From Raillietiella orientalis (taxonomy: Eukaryota), in the NCBI GenBank assembly GCA_036172245.1, contig JAYWIR010000002.1:620001-684000 (forward strand): a stretch of DNA of 64,000 nt. The letters run 5' to 3'. Both the position numbers and the translations under genes were made by a program. The notes under the pieces were generated by a model. That model saw only the letters and a list, made by a program, of their open reading frames with translations, was not told the DNA's origin and made no database searches. This document shows positions 49,661 through 63,260 of the stretch, piece by piece (the stretch's first letter is position 1; each line of letters starts with the position of its first letter).

Positions 49661-52600
49661 TATGTTTTTAAATATTGAATTTATTTCTTAAATGTTAAAT
49701 CGCATACTTCTAAATATCTTTTGCACATCAAGCATGCATAGAAACGATTTCATGCAAATTTCTGCTCTCTGAAAAAATTGGAAAAATTACCTGTGTGGAA
49801 ATTTAAAAAATTATCTTCTCCACTCTTATTATTTGTGTGTAGGAGTCTCCACTGAATTCGATCATCATTTTGAAATGCCTATTGAATTATCGCTTTTCTT
49901 AATTAAGGATAAATGATGAAAATTAAGAATGTAACAACGAAAAGGCGTTCTCTTAACTTTTAGGGTTCTCAAAGTGTAATCTGAATTGGTCTTCGTTTCC
50001 TTGGACACGTTGCGGATTGGCGCACTTTTTTTTACCAGCTCATTTTCATCATAAATCCTCGATGCAGATGATGAAATAGTTTTCAGTTTAATTTTAAAAA
50101 CCTGTATTGCCAATTGAAAATTCCTTGTTCCTGCAATGGTATTCCTTTCCACGTTTCTCTTTCCCCTTGTTGAGCATTTTTTTTTTTTTTTTACAAGATA
50201 CAGGAAAAGATTTGCATTTCATGAAATTTACATTTCATACTCTGATTACCTAGTGATTGCATCTTCCGAAGGAAAATATTTTCTTGCGTTCCTTTTATTT
50301 CTTTTGCTTAAGTTTATGTTTTAGAATGTTTGTTCCTTCCAGAAAATTAGCATACTCTTACGGAGTCCGATACTCTCTGAGCAATTTAGACGCTCCTCAA
50401 TGTGTTCATACACATATACATTACATACCACCTTTTTTTTTTTCTTTTCTGACATGGTTTCCGGTGCCGTCCCACTTCATATCTGACAGCGTTCTCAGTT
50501 GAAGATGTGCCGATCCCATTTATGAAGCAACCCAATAGCAAGAGATCGTTTGAATTTTTCAAAAGCCTTGCTATAGTCCCGATCAGTGTTCCCAAGCACC
50601 TTTCCGAAGTTGTACGTGTTCATGTATTTCGACATACAAATAGCTATCATCTAACCTGCTTTGCTGCATTAAAAGGAATGATTGGCGAATAGCCTATTCA
50701 CGTAGATATTATCAGCGGTATGGTCGATTCCAGTAGTTAAGACTACTCAATGTAATCATTTGGAAAAGCACCTTTTGTACGTCGTGGGAAACAGGCAGTA
50801 AGAGTACATCTTTTAAATGATCAGTAATATGATTGGTTTTCCTACCGATATTCTCGAAACTATTCATTCTTCATCAAATTGAAATCTTTAGCACAAAAAT
50901 TCTAAATTTTACTTTCACCATAAAACGATCGCTATTGAACTTCATCTCAACAACGTCGAAATGTTTGGTATCAAACTTCAGCCAACAAGCCTGTTTCCTA
51001 CAAAATACTTGCTGTTCGATGGTCCTTTATCTTTGTTAGCATTTCTAGAATGTATGGATGCACTATTTTCCTGTTCTATAAAGATATCCTTAAATCTCAC
51101 TATCCCACTTGCAGCAATAGTGACAAGAATAAATCGAATCGCACCACGATGATTTGCTCCAAAACTTTTTACTTAAAGACTTCTATCTGATTTGTAATTT
51201 TTGAATACCATATGAAAAGTTACTTCTAGACTGAAGTACAAAGCTAAACTCTAAGAATCCGTTAGGCCCATTTCACATAGATGACGAATCTAAAACAAAA
51301 TCAGGCATTCTGCTGCTCGAGGCATTCTGCTTCATCCTCACATCTCTCTGCTGCGTTTGTTGTCAGCCGTTTGTAAGTCTACAGAAATACATCGGAGCTT
51401 CATTCATTCCATACAGCTAAAACTAATGTGAAGTTGAGGCGATCGTTCAATTAAATATCCGTCCAGCTTTTCAGTAGGTGGATTTTAAAGAAGCTTTCAA
51501 AATATTTACGGTGGTTTAAGCTTTTGTGATACAAAAGACACAATGCTTTTCGGCTATTTACGTTAGGACAACCTCTGCGGAAATCTGTATCGAAATAGCC
51601 CTAGTGCCAGTAACTCCATATGAGAACTATCGAAGTCTTTCAGTGATCTGCATTATCGAAACACCGCAATATAATGCTGCAGTAGTAGCTGAAGCTGAAA
51701 TTCTCATGCTGATAGGAAAGCGTTAACACCACGGATTAAATTAAACATCGTGTAACAGTGCAATGTTAATTCCTCTATTAGCAAGAAAATTTTAGATTGA
51801 AATCACATAAGTTTCCAACCACTACTTTCCTTCGTCTCTTCATAAAACTGTCTGAGCTAATGCATATGGATTAGAAGACCCGTACTCACATCTATGCTAC
51901 AACTTGAGTTCCTGTTTCGGAACCAGAATCATTAGTTGTTGTTGTTGTTGCTTTGAGTGCTTTCAAATATTCAGATCATGCCAACTGCTTTGCTTTCGTG
52001 CTCTTATTCATCTCCTTTCATACTTCTGAATTCTGATTTCGAATGGTTATGTTCTCCATACATATCTATGCACTTTGCTTGAAACCCCTGAACTGCCCCT
52101 ACAAACTTCTCGATACGTGGATTTATGTAATGAACCATGATCAACAAACCACGAAAGGTAGCATGTCAGAGACCGTTCCTCCAAGTCACGATACAGACCT
52201 CCAGATCCTCCAAGACCGCTCTTCCAAGTGGCGAGGAATAACCGATCGGATGCCTTATTGCTATGTTAGAACTCGAACTTCCGGATAAAGCAATCAAGAG
52301 ATTACTGCACTTTTCTGATGCCAACTAGAAAAGCCAGTTCATTTGGATTTAATCTTGTCGTTTTGCATGAGAACTGTACTCAGTGCACACAAGCAAAAAC
52401 GGAATAATTGGCGATTGCCACACAATTACTTACAAACTTTGCATTGGTTATTAAAAGTTAGTATACGGTATGAACGAGTTCCGGAAATGAACACAAATTA
52501 TACTTCCTTTAGTGTCTTCGAGGTAACATTACCTATTATTGAAGCACTGAGAAATTTTCGGTTCGGAGAATGATTTACTTAAATAGAGGCGTAATCCAAT

Positions 52601-52767
52601 CTATGTCTTCCAACTTCCATAGAAAAACAAAAACAAAATATAAACGAATGAATAAAAAAAAAAAAAAAACTTTGAATCCTGCTTAGATTTTCATTTATCT
52701 GGATTTCACAACCAAATGATGCAAACAATTTCTACTGCATGTAAGGAATCATTAATTTTAAGAATTA

Positions 52768-55700
52768 TCAGTAATTTCTCTCAGTCCGAAGGGCTTGAAT
52801 GAATTCTTCCAGTTTCTCTTGGATCTGCCTCACCCTCTCTAGAATGTTTGCAATATTTGCCATGAATACTCCCCACTCACTTAGCTCTTCAGCAAGATCC
52901 ACTCTTTTTCCAGATATCAGTTGCCGCTTTAATTCATCATTATGAGAAAACTCATCCAGGACATCTCTGATCTCCCTCTCCAAATGGCGAGCTATAATAT
53001 CAAAAAAGTGTTCTTTTCAATTATAATATATTTTATACCTTCGCGGGTAACAATTTGCTGGCGTAATGCATTAGCAGTAGCATGAAGCATCTGTTGTAGA
53101 CGCCAAAACAATACAACATCATTGCAATCTAAATCACCCACAATGCCTTCATGATACATGTAAAAACCACGCCGGCATTCATATGCAGAAGAAAGACTCT
53201 TCTGCAGAAAATGACGCTTGAAAACTAATTCCCACACACTCATCACATCTTCTATTTCAAAGTTGATGCCAGAAGCTTGCAAGCTTGCTTTAATGGTAGA
53301 GAGTTCTTCAGCTGATAATTCAGGAGAATAATGTGCATTCAGTGCCACAAAACGCTGCAGTTCATGTTGAATGCGTGCTCTGGACATCTGTTCTTTGTTA
53401 GTATTGCTCCAAGAAAACCAACTTCTCCATGCACTGGGGCCCACAAGATGCTGCAATTCCCTCTCAACGGTATTCAAACGCTCTTTCACACTCTTTTCTA
53501 AAAACTGTATTGCATCATCCCAATGAGCCTTGTTGCGCACTGAACGATCTTCCAAGGCATGCATTTGAATGACCCGCAGGGCATCATGAGCCTAAGTGAA
53601 GTATCATAATTGAGAAAAATGTTTACCTTATCAACCCAAGAAAAACAGTAATAAGAAATAATTTTTACCTTATCATCCCAAGAAAAATGGCTGAGGGCTT
53701 CATCTACTACTGCCTGCTTAAAAGAATCCAATAATGTATCATGATAGCGATTCTGTAGACTCTGCTGCAGGCATGAACGCAATTCATCACGCAAAACATC
53801 ACGACCCACAGTAACTGATAAGACTGGCAACAGATCTGTAGCCCACTGACGTAATTTGTTGTCAATAGCAGTTGTGTTAAGAGTATCTCTGGTGGCAGGA
53901 GTGAAAATCTCATCAAAAGTGTAATCAGCAATCCGTTGCCATAAGCTCTGCATCAGAACCTTTTCCCAATGCTTGGGTGCAAGGTGATTAACAGCAAGCA
54001 ATTCATCCAAAAGTTCTGAACGTGCTTTTTCAAAAAGCTCATCTCGATCTTGCTCCCGAAGGCGAGGAAAAGTATTGCGCCATTCCGTTTCCAGATTGCA
54101 GCGAAGAGCTTTGAAGGCATCAGCCTGCTGTTCTACTGTATCTTTAACAAGCCTCCAGAAACAGGCTGATACAGCCAAAGACAAATTTCCGGTTGTTAAC
54201 TGGGATGCCCGTACTGGCCCTCCTCTGAGAGCAATCCTATCAATCTGTATTCTGGTTTGCCAACCTGAAGAGTCGAGATTGCTGGAAAAATCTTTGCTCA
54301 TATTCTCGGATTGAAGCAATGCTGTCATCAGTGCCAGCACCTCCTGTCACTACAGCAAAATAACCAAGAGCCTTCATAGGGAACAAGCTGCCCTGAAGAA
54401 TCTTCTGAATCTACAGATATTTCATAGTTTCTGCAGATTACTCAATTCTCAGTTACCAGTTCTGGATGTGCCATGTTACTTTCAGCTAAATCTACTTTGG
54501 TCAACACAAAGATGGTACGTTTCCCTTCAGGATCCACAGCAGAAACGAGATCTACAGAATATTCAAATGGCCATATGCCTGATATCTAACCTGTAACATT
54601 GCTCCGTTCAGCATCCACTGATCCATCTTGAATGCACAAGATGATAGCATTTGGATTAGCCATATATTGCTGAGTCATCTGCCGGATAGCATCTTTGGTA
54701 CCCTCAGCCATTCCCTGAGTAACTGTCTACTCAAGAAATGATTTTCTCCACTCAAGATAGCTCAACTCACACTGATAACACCTGGCAGATCGATCAAGAC
54801 TATTCTATGCAGGCCTGGGCCCCTTACAGTCATGGAAATCACTTCTGGACTTACAGTCTTGCCATCCTTAACACTGTTTCTCATTCTAAGCTCTACCTAT
54901 TCCTCAAATGATAGCATGCCCTTTTCCTTTTCAACTGCTTACTTCTTTACGTAGCTCAATTAATTCAGATTCTTTGGTAAGATCAAATTCCCGACTACTG
55001 TCTTTAAACTGGGCAACATGGTAAGGTCCCTCACTTAGAGTCACTTTTACTGGTGCACGAGTCATCATTTCACCAGCTCCTCTAGAGAAACAATCATTAC
55101 TGTGACTCCACATGGATTTTACCTTGGAAAAATTCGGGCTTGGGCAATCATCTCCAATACACTAGTTTTTCCAGAACTCTGATCTCCTACTACCACAACT
55201 CGTGGAAGATGATCTTGAGCTTTGCCTGCTGTAACCTCATAGCCACATAATTCATCCAAAACTTCTGAGTAGAGATCGATTAAGGACTTCTACACTATTA
55301 TTAGCAAATGATTTTCATCTCCAAATCTTTCACCTTTGTCTTTCTTGAAGATGCCAATCCTTTAGCACCTCTTAAAATAAGTATCTGATTACGAAGTTGA
55401 CGGTTTTCTCTTTCCAAACGTTCCAGTTCACGTTGATATCGAAGCTGCACATTGACCAATTCATCTTCCAAGTGATTGATTCGCTCCATCAACGAATCAT
55501 AAACAGGATTTTGCTTTGCACTATCAGGATCATATTTATTAGCACCAGGATCAGAGTCTGAACCACTTTTAGATTCTACAACTGCAACAGTCTCCAATGA
55601 AGAAAAAGGCATGGATTGCTGACTATCTAGAACTAATATACTTCATTACACAGATCATTTAATGCAAATCACTACCTGCATTAGCTTCTTGTTTATTATC

Positions 55701-57086
55701 AACTGACTGGATTGCATTTTGCAAGCGATTATTAAACCAGTCCTTTGAGGAATTATAGGCATGGAGTCCAGCTGACTTCCATTTAAGATCTGCAATCAAA
55801 AAAAACTAAATTCAACAGAATACAGATCCATCTATCATTACCTAAAACATTCTCAAGAAATACAACTTCGAAACTGAACACACCAATGTTTACTAGAATC
55901 AAATAATTAATACATCAATAAACTACACAAATAAAGAAATGACCAATCGAAAAATAATTATTCTGTTTAATCCAAACATCAAAGTGAATGCTTGAATTCT
56001 CATTCACTACACAGAAAGTAATTAGCATGCTACTAATCACATGGAATCTAATTTGACAAAAATTAACTGAGCTTATGAATTCACTTCACAATATCAAAAT
56101 GATTCAACTGTTTATATAAATTAAAAAAAGGACTGAGGCCGATATAATACTCTATCCCGGAAACGGAAAATATAACGCGACTTGGGGTAGTCACTGACTG
56201 ACAGGTACAAACATGAAGTCATAACAATAGTGCAAACTCACAAGGTTCACTTTATAAATGGACTTGAAGGTTCAGTATTAACTTCATTATTGGTTTTACA
56301 ACTGCTTGCTACCATTGATAATTATCCCCTTTTCAAGTGTGTAAAATCGATGGTGCATGGATGAAATACCAATCATGAACATAGAAATGATACAAAAATA
56401 AGTGCACACATTATTCACTGAAATGAGCACATGACCTCCGATTCCCCACACCACACCACTATATGCATTTTAATTATAAAATAATGGCGAATGATATCAT
56501 GAGAACACTGTATTCTTAATGATAATCGCAAACCACCCTGGAAGTTTATATGTACATGACATTCTTCCCCGTTACATTTACGAGAAATCGGTGACCCGGC
56601 TTCGCTTTACTTTCTAATTTTGCTGAATGCTAGAAAACAATTCTACCTATATCCTGAGTCTGCTTATCTAAAAATTCTCTCAACTGTTTATGAAAGTTTT
56701 TGTATTGATCGAGTGAAGGTATAGTAGACCAAACATCTCCCACCCAATTTGCATCAGGAAATGCCTCTTTCCATTTCTTAAATGTCTAAAAAGATTTAAT
56801 ATTATAAAATAAAACTATCCATATGCTATCATGGGCTTACTTGGTTTATTTCATAACCACCTGCTATCGTTCCCCCTAGAATAACATATCGTAGTTTAAG
56901 AATTCCTCTTACGGCTTTTGTGAGAACAGAGACATAATGTATATTTCTAACTTGGATTCCATAGATGCATCCCGATTTTACAAGCGTCCATTTACATATG
57001 TCCAACTTCAGTGTTGAATACAATCGACAATGCTTGCAAAAATTACCATATTTATTGAAATCACGTAAAATGAGCCGCACACTCAT
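52768..57086 (-). CDS. OPA1: Dynamin-like mitochondrial inner-membrane fusion GTPase OPA1, 14 coding exons, 963 aa
   Basis: Exons (all GT-AG, phases consistent): 57086-56841, 56785-56647, 55789-55676, 55626-55334, 55289-55123, 55081-54943, 54896-54771, 54726-54591, 54551-54457, 54410-54265, 54224-53669, 53591-53039, 52991-52881, 52838-52768; total 2892 nt. Motifs: [16 protein letters not shown] (TM), [16 protein letters not shown] (G1), GEMMTRAP (G2), DLPG (G3), TKVD (G4), C-terminal [15 protein letters not shown]. Confidence 0.97.
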
Positions 57087-60000
57087 GTCACACTTTGACA
57101 CATGATTCAAACTGAAACAGGGATACCACTATGTAATCTAAATAATCTGTATAATAGTAATGAGCATTAACATTTGAATCTTAGTGATTTTCAGTAAAAA
57201 GGAATCACTTTAAATTATTCTCAGTTCAGATGATTTTTGAACCCATGTCTGAAATGCACCATCCACTGCTACTTTGAACACTAACTGTATGTTGCTGAAA
57301 AAACACTATTATCATTCATACATTCCTCACATCTGAGAAAGTCAAGGTAAATTTCTTTTAAGATATAGATATTTACCTTTCACATCATTACTCAAAACAG
57401 ATTAAACACATTTTAATGAATTTTCATTTTTTCATCAATGAAACCCATATTTGTAGAATAAATGCTATTGCTATGCAAAAAGAAATAAAGGAAGCATTGA
57501 AAGCAGTTGAAATCACGTAAAATCAGGAAGTTAACACATTAGATAAATTAGATAAAGAATCCCGCGAACCAGAAGCATAAAAATTGAAGCATTTGTGCTC
57601 CTATGGAAAAATTTATAATTTTGTACGCTTTCCCTAATTCGATCCGGGCCAGTGGTGATTTTTTTTTTTTTTTAATCCATAACAAAGTACATGCTTCGGC
57701 TGAACGTATACTAAAATAAACACTTCAAAAACTGAATCTACAAAACCCTTTGTACGTTTCCTGTATTTTCTTCCTAACGTCACGGTTCTTCACCTCTGAC
57801 CGAGTGTGTGAGCGAATATTCATGCTAGGGGATTCTTTCGTACTGTCTTTTTGCTCCTAAATTTTCACTCTAGATAAAACACCATATAGTATTTCAATAA
57901 GTGTTGATATATCATTTCTTGTAGTTTGTAATGAACTTTCATTTCCTTCTCCACCCATTAATCTATTGCTTCCTTACGAGCACTCTAACTCAAGACGATT
58001 GAAAATGAATTATTGAATCTCTTATTTGTGATCTCTCCCACGAAACATGGTGACCATGTCCATGTTTTCAGAGTACGTCTCTTATTTTTGCGTGTCTGAA
58101 TTGCTTCTCTTAGTATATATGTAGGATTTAGACTTTCGTCAGCTACTTCATCCTAAGTGAGGAAAATCGTCTTGAGAACTGCTCAGTTTTTTCTCTTTTC
58201 CGAGCTTCTACCCTTCCTGGAAGGTGCCTTGCAATTTCTTCTGAATCCGATTTAGACCTCTTCTCTATCGTTCTTGGGTAGTACGCTATCATATCTTTTG
58301 GAATAGACAAAAGGTTCCTTTTCATGTTCTTCAGTTTTAACCGTTTCTGCTTTTCTTTCGCTCCCAGGTCTACAAAAGGAAAAATGCGAACGACAATTCT
58401 TTAATCCTGTTTCTCTTCTAGCATAAACTTTAACTGAGATGTTCTGATTGGATTTTTGCAAGCTAGCAGGTTTTCTCTAAAATCACGCCTACTCTGTGTC
58501 CTTTTGGTGTTCTTTTTAGTGTGTCCTTCAACGTCGCAGAAGTAGCACTTCTTGAGCATTTATGGAAATACAAGAATGCTAGCTGGCTTATATTTCCACG
58601 CGTCACATAACGTGTTTATGGGCAGACGGCTGCTGTGCCTGAATGTCATGCAGTGACTACAAAAATGCGGCTAGCCCTGATACATGACAGCGACCGTCCG
58701 TCAATGAAGATTTAACTCGTAATCTTGGCATGTTCGTAGGGCTTGATTTTCACAAATGTCTCTTCGAGAAAGCATCTTTCATAATTGTCTTCATCAGTTT
58801 TCTTTACTTCTTAGAAGACGTCTGGGAATTCTCTCTTTTCAGGTAAGGAGGGAATAAGACATTAGAGATGTACCGTCATGGCACCTTCTACCCTCATTCT
58901 CGTTATCATCCTTTCGTTGAAGTCGACGTCTTACACCATGGAGTATTTGACCGAATTTTCGGACTCGGTACATACTGAAAATCATTAAAAGAAGACAGAA
59001 TTGCCTGAATATGGACGGACTTTCTTTCTATTCCATAAAACGCAACGTGTATTTCACGCAATGCAATGTTGTGAACAGTTTCCATTGAGAAGCTAACATT
59101 CTGTATTTCTGTGTCCAATTCTTCATGGTTTCATTCTGAATTCTTATTTCAAGTTTTTTTTCAATGTTTTCTGCATTAGTCGTGAAGGATGCAGAGATGG
59201 TTGCAGCTGACTGAGGTACCTAGCTAGGGGCGTCTCCCTAGCCACCCTGCTCACAGATTGTTGTTGGAGGCGGTTTATGAGGAACTAGTCTATTTTCTTG
59301 CTTTTGTCCGGCTTTCCACATTTTACTGCTTTCTGACTGTCACCACAATAATCAGGGCCAGTATAGTTGTCACCCAGTCATAGCAGCACTGTTAAGGAGA
59401 GTGGACAAGAAAGGGGATCCTGTTAATCGATTCGCATCTTCTAAAGCCTGCGTCTGATGCAGGCAGCGTCCTCCACTTTCTCGCAGATGAGACCATTTGG
59501 GCGCATTCTTCATCATAAACAAAACGAAACATTTGGCCTCCTATCTTCACTGATGAGTCTCTAAGACGAAGAGGGTAACTGCACTCCTGACAATGCAGAG
59601 TCGCGATCAAGTCTGCAGGACTTTTTGTCTCATGAAGCAGCACAGCATCACCTCCTTAGGGGAGCCTTTTCGTTGAAGCAGGAAAGCAGCCACGCGATTC
59701 CAACTGCTCCGAAAAACACCACAATTCACAAATAATTTTGAAAAGGTTCCCTCTTTCCTGCTATGGCATAGTTCGGGAAACTCCTTCCCCTTGTTCCTGA
59801 GGTTCTTTGGAATGTGCAGAAGGGCTCATTACATGGGAAACCCCAGTGCAAGAAGAGCAAAACCGAATACTGCTACCTCAGACGGAGCATAGAGCACAGC
59901 TGTTCAAACAAGGGGAAAAATTAGAAATTTCATTGGTGAAATATACAGCTCTGCCTAACAGGACAGTTCTCTAGAACGGCCTCGAAGGGTTGCCGCATCG

Positions 60001-61489
60001 ATCAGCTGGTCAGTCGACCAGGCAAGGATACTACCAGAGGGATTTGCTGTGCACACCAATGACACTACCATACACTAAATGCAAGAACGCGACGATGGTG
60101 TAATGCACGGTGTATAATTTTGTACGAACGAAAAGTCCACTAGCTGCTCATGCTTCTGATAATTGTCGCTTGCTATAAAACAGCCATAAGCAACTGTTGC
60201 CTTGAAACAAGAAGCATATCGGTTCCAGAAATAGGCAGTCACAGTCCTTTTAAGAAATGTGCAGGGAGTCTCTATTTCAGACACAACGAATGCTTTTTTC
60301 TTGCATTCAAAATTTAGAGCATGCAGTTTTTTCACTTATGTTTCGAAGAAGGGTGGACTTTAAGTCATGTAACTGCCCTTAAGAATTAATTATGAATCAT
60401 AAATCTACTAACTTAAGCTTAAAGCCTGCTTAACTCGGACTGAAAATTCAAAGCTATCCCTGGTTTTACAGAGAATGGTGTAGAAAATAATTGAAGCTCC
60501 ATCTCAGTTTTGTCAAATACTCCAAACCTGTTTTCGTGCCAAGATCTATTGATTGCAATGTATTAAATCATATTTAGGAATCTAGTTTTCCCATAAAGTT
60601 TAAAACGCTGTGATATTGTAATAGAGCGATTCAATTACTGAAATAGCACCCTGATATTTCATAACCAGATCCGTTAAATCCGTTTTAATGCTCTCAGATT
60701 GAAATATTGAATTTCGAATGTAATAAAACTCAAGGTCAATGTATCACATATTTAACCTTTACTAATTGTCCACTTGCGTACCGGAGTGATCTACATTCTT
60801 ATGTTCTATTATAGCGAGAAACGATCTTTTCGGTTGATAGTATTCTTTAGATTATAACTTCTAAACCATGTAAGCACAGCTTACAAACCAACTTTTAAGG
60901 CCAGCATAATTTAAGTGATTCAGCAATGTGTTCAGTAATACTAAGCTCGAATTTTCTTTATACACAGTTTTGCTAAGTACTCAAATTATAGGAAACATCT
61001 GATTATATGAAACCAATGCAATAACTATAGACAATAGGTCTGTTGCCTTATTGCTAAGAAATAGAGGTTGGGACTGGAAACAATTTTTCATTACTTTGTT
61101 AAAGTTATCCCATGCTGTCCAATTGGGCACTGGCTTTTTTCAAGATTGCCTATCCTAATGGATACCAATCTATCTAATGTATGGAGAGAATAATTTTATG
61201 CTTGATCACCTGATACACGTATAAGCACCTCTAAAAATATGAGATTAGAATCAATCTTCAAAGAATGCATTATCGTGAAGAAAAGGAAATGTTTCTTCCC
61301 TTCTCTTACACTTTAGTACAGCAATAGTATTTCTGATGTGATCTACTTTGATAACATCATTTTAGCAATTATTTGACACTAACAGGTGAAAATAATGACT
61401 GAACACTTCCTATATGTAATGAAAAATAAAATGTATCTTATTATCATTGTACTAAATACAAAGCATGTATCTGTCCCCCACTCATTTAT

Positions 61490-63148
61490 CTAACATGGAA
61501 TTTTTAAGAGAGTCTCATTCGCCTGTTCCAGATGAAAATAACATGACCGGCAAACTGACAAATATTTTTCTTTACCACCAATAACTTCAACCTGAAAAAA
61601 AAGTCAATAAATGCTACATTTTAAAAATACAAACCTCTTTTTCTTTCACAGACTTTTTTCTGTATGTAAAAGATGCTTTTCCATAACAAACCATGCACAC
61701 TGCATTTAATTTGATTATTTCTTCTGCAACCGGAATTAGAGAAAGGATGTCACCAATTGCTTCTCTTTTATAGCTTCCATCCAAACAAGAAACAATGATT
61801 ATCTTCCCTCTATTTGCCATATCTTCACAGAATTTAAAAATATCTGGAAACTATAAGATCAAGAACTGTTAAAAAAAAAAACAAGGTAGAAAATAGTACC
61901 TAGTATTGGAAAAAACAACTTACAAATTGTCCTTCATCAATTCCTATCACAGTGTACTTTTCCAGATCATAAGATTCAGATAATGAAAACAGATCTGTTG
62001 CTGAATATGCTTCTGATTGCTGTTGATCATGAGTAACCAGAAATTCATCATGATAACGAATGTCCCTTGCATATTTTATTAGCAAACACACATGGTTTGC
62101 CACTTGAAATCTACGTATCCTGCGAATAAGCTCCGTAGTTTTCCCAGAAAACATAGGGCCACATATAAGCTGAATTCAAATGTACCGATAGGTTATCAGA
62201 AAGAACAATTCGGAGAAAGCTAATACAATATTCACCACAAATACTTCTATTGATCATTTTACAGATGCACATTTTTTGGTATACAATTTCAGTTATATTA
62301 GTATTTTCTAAAGATCAAATGATACATATTTCATGAAATTACTTACCACTGATTTTTAATTTCATAGAACAAAACTACACGAAATATGGAACGAACTAAA
62401 ATATTTTTATAAACATGTTGACAAGCTAAGTGAGTTACACTAATTTTATGATATAATAAGCATTTCAAGTTTCCAGCAAAAAAAATATTTTAAATATGAG
62501 CTTGTCATGCTATGAAGTTTCAACATACTTAATTTGGGGGTAACTACCCTTAAGCATTCACAATCAGCATCTTTTTAATAATAAAATCTGCAATACGATC
62601 TACTTACATAAGGATTTATGAACGATGTAAACTGTGTCTCACTATTTATTTATAAGATCCCAATTTTCTAAATGCTACATTTTCAACTATCAATAGAAAT
62701 CGTTTGAAAAACTTGAAAATTGCGCCTGTATATGCTGGAGTATGAAAAATTTCCTTTCTCATTGTATACAGAATTATCTTTTCACATAGGCAAATCAAAA
62801 TCATGAAGCCAGAAAGCGATACAATTTGAATTTACCAACTCGGTTGCTTTTCGAAATAGTAATCATAGAACAACGTGCATTTTTTGGAATCAGTCTAATC
62901 AGTTAAGAAACCATCAACAAATGAGAATCACGCATCACAGCTGTTAAAATAAATATTCGTACTGATAAAAAACTAATTCTGATTTTTCTGCACTGTGCTC
63001 TACTTATGTTCACATTAAAATGTGCATCTGCAATTCACATGTTCAACTTTTGGAAATCCGGACTGTTACAAATGTTTTTACTTCAAAATAAAATACAGAC
63101 CTGGATTTCACCTCCATACTTGACCATCCGAACTTTGGAGTCTACCAT
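61490..63148 (-). CDS. TK1: Cytosolic (type II, TK1-like) thymidine kinase, 4 exons, 203 aa
   Basis: Exons 63148-63101 (MVDSKVRMVKYGGEIQ), 62169-61924, 61850-61635, 61591-61490; all phase 0 and GT-AG. Motifs GEIQ|LICGPMFSGKTTEL (P-loop), IGIDEGQFF, Zn ligands CMVC and CRSC, EVIGGKEKY. The start could also be the ATG at 63127. Confidence 0.95.
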
Positions 63149-63194
63149 GCTCGTTAGAAGTAACTGGAAACATACAGTTATGCTGTACTTCTTC

Positions 63195-63260
63195 AAGCGT
63201 GCATGGACCGCCGCGAGGCACGTGAGACGAAACAACGGACCTAACGGCATCGTGGAGAGT
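63195..63260 (-). promoter_or_regulatory. CpG-containing patch with an E-box just upstream of the TK start (putative promoter/5' UTR)
   Basis: Local GC/CpG-rich patch in AT-rich DNA, with CACGTG at 63219-63224. Function is inferred from position only. Confidence 0.3.

Noticed and set aside
57630..57675. TTCGATCC followed by a T run, resembling a Pol III gene end
   Set aside because: No A box or pairing stems upstream.
62245..62270. Apparent TK first exon with a nonsense codon (ASVK*SIE|gt), suggesting a pseudogene
   Set aside because: A clean first exon ending GGEIQ|gt exists at 63148-63101, so this is intronic coincidence.
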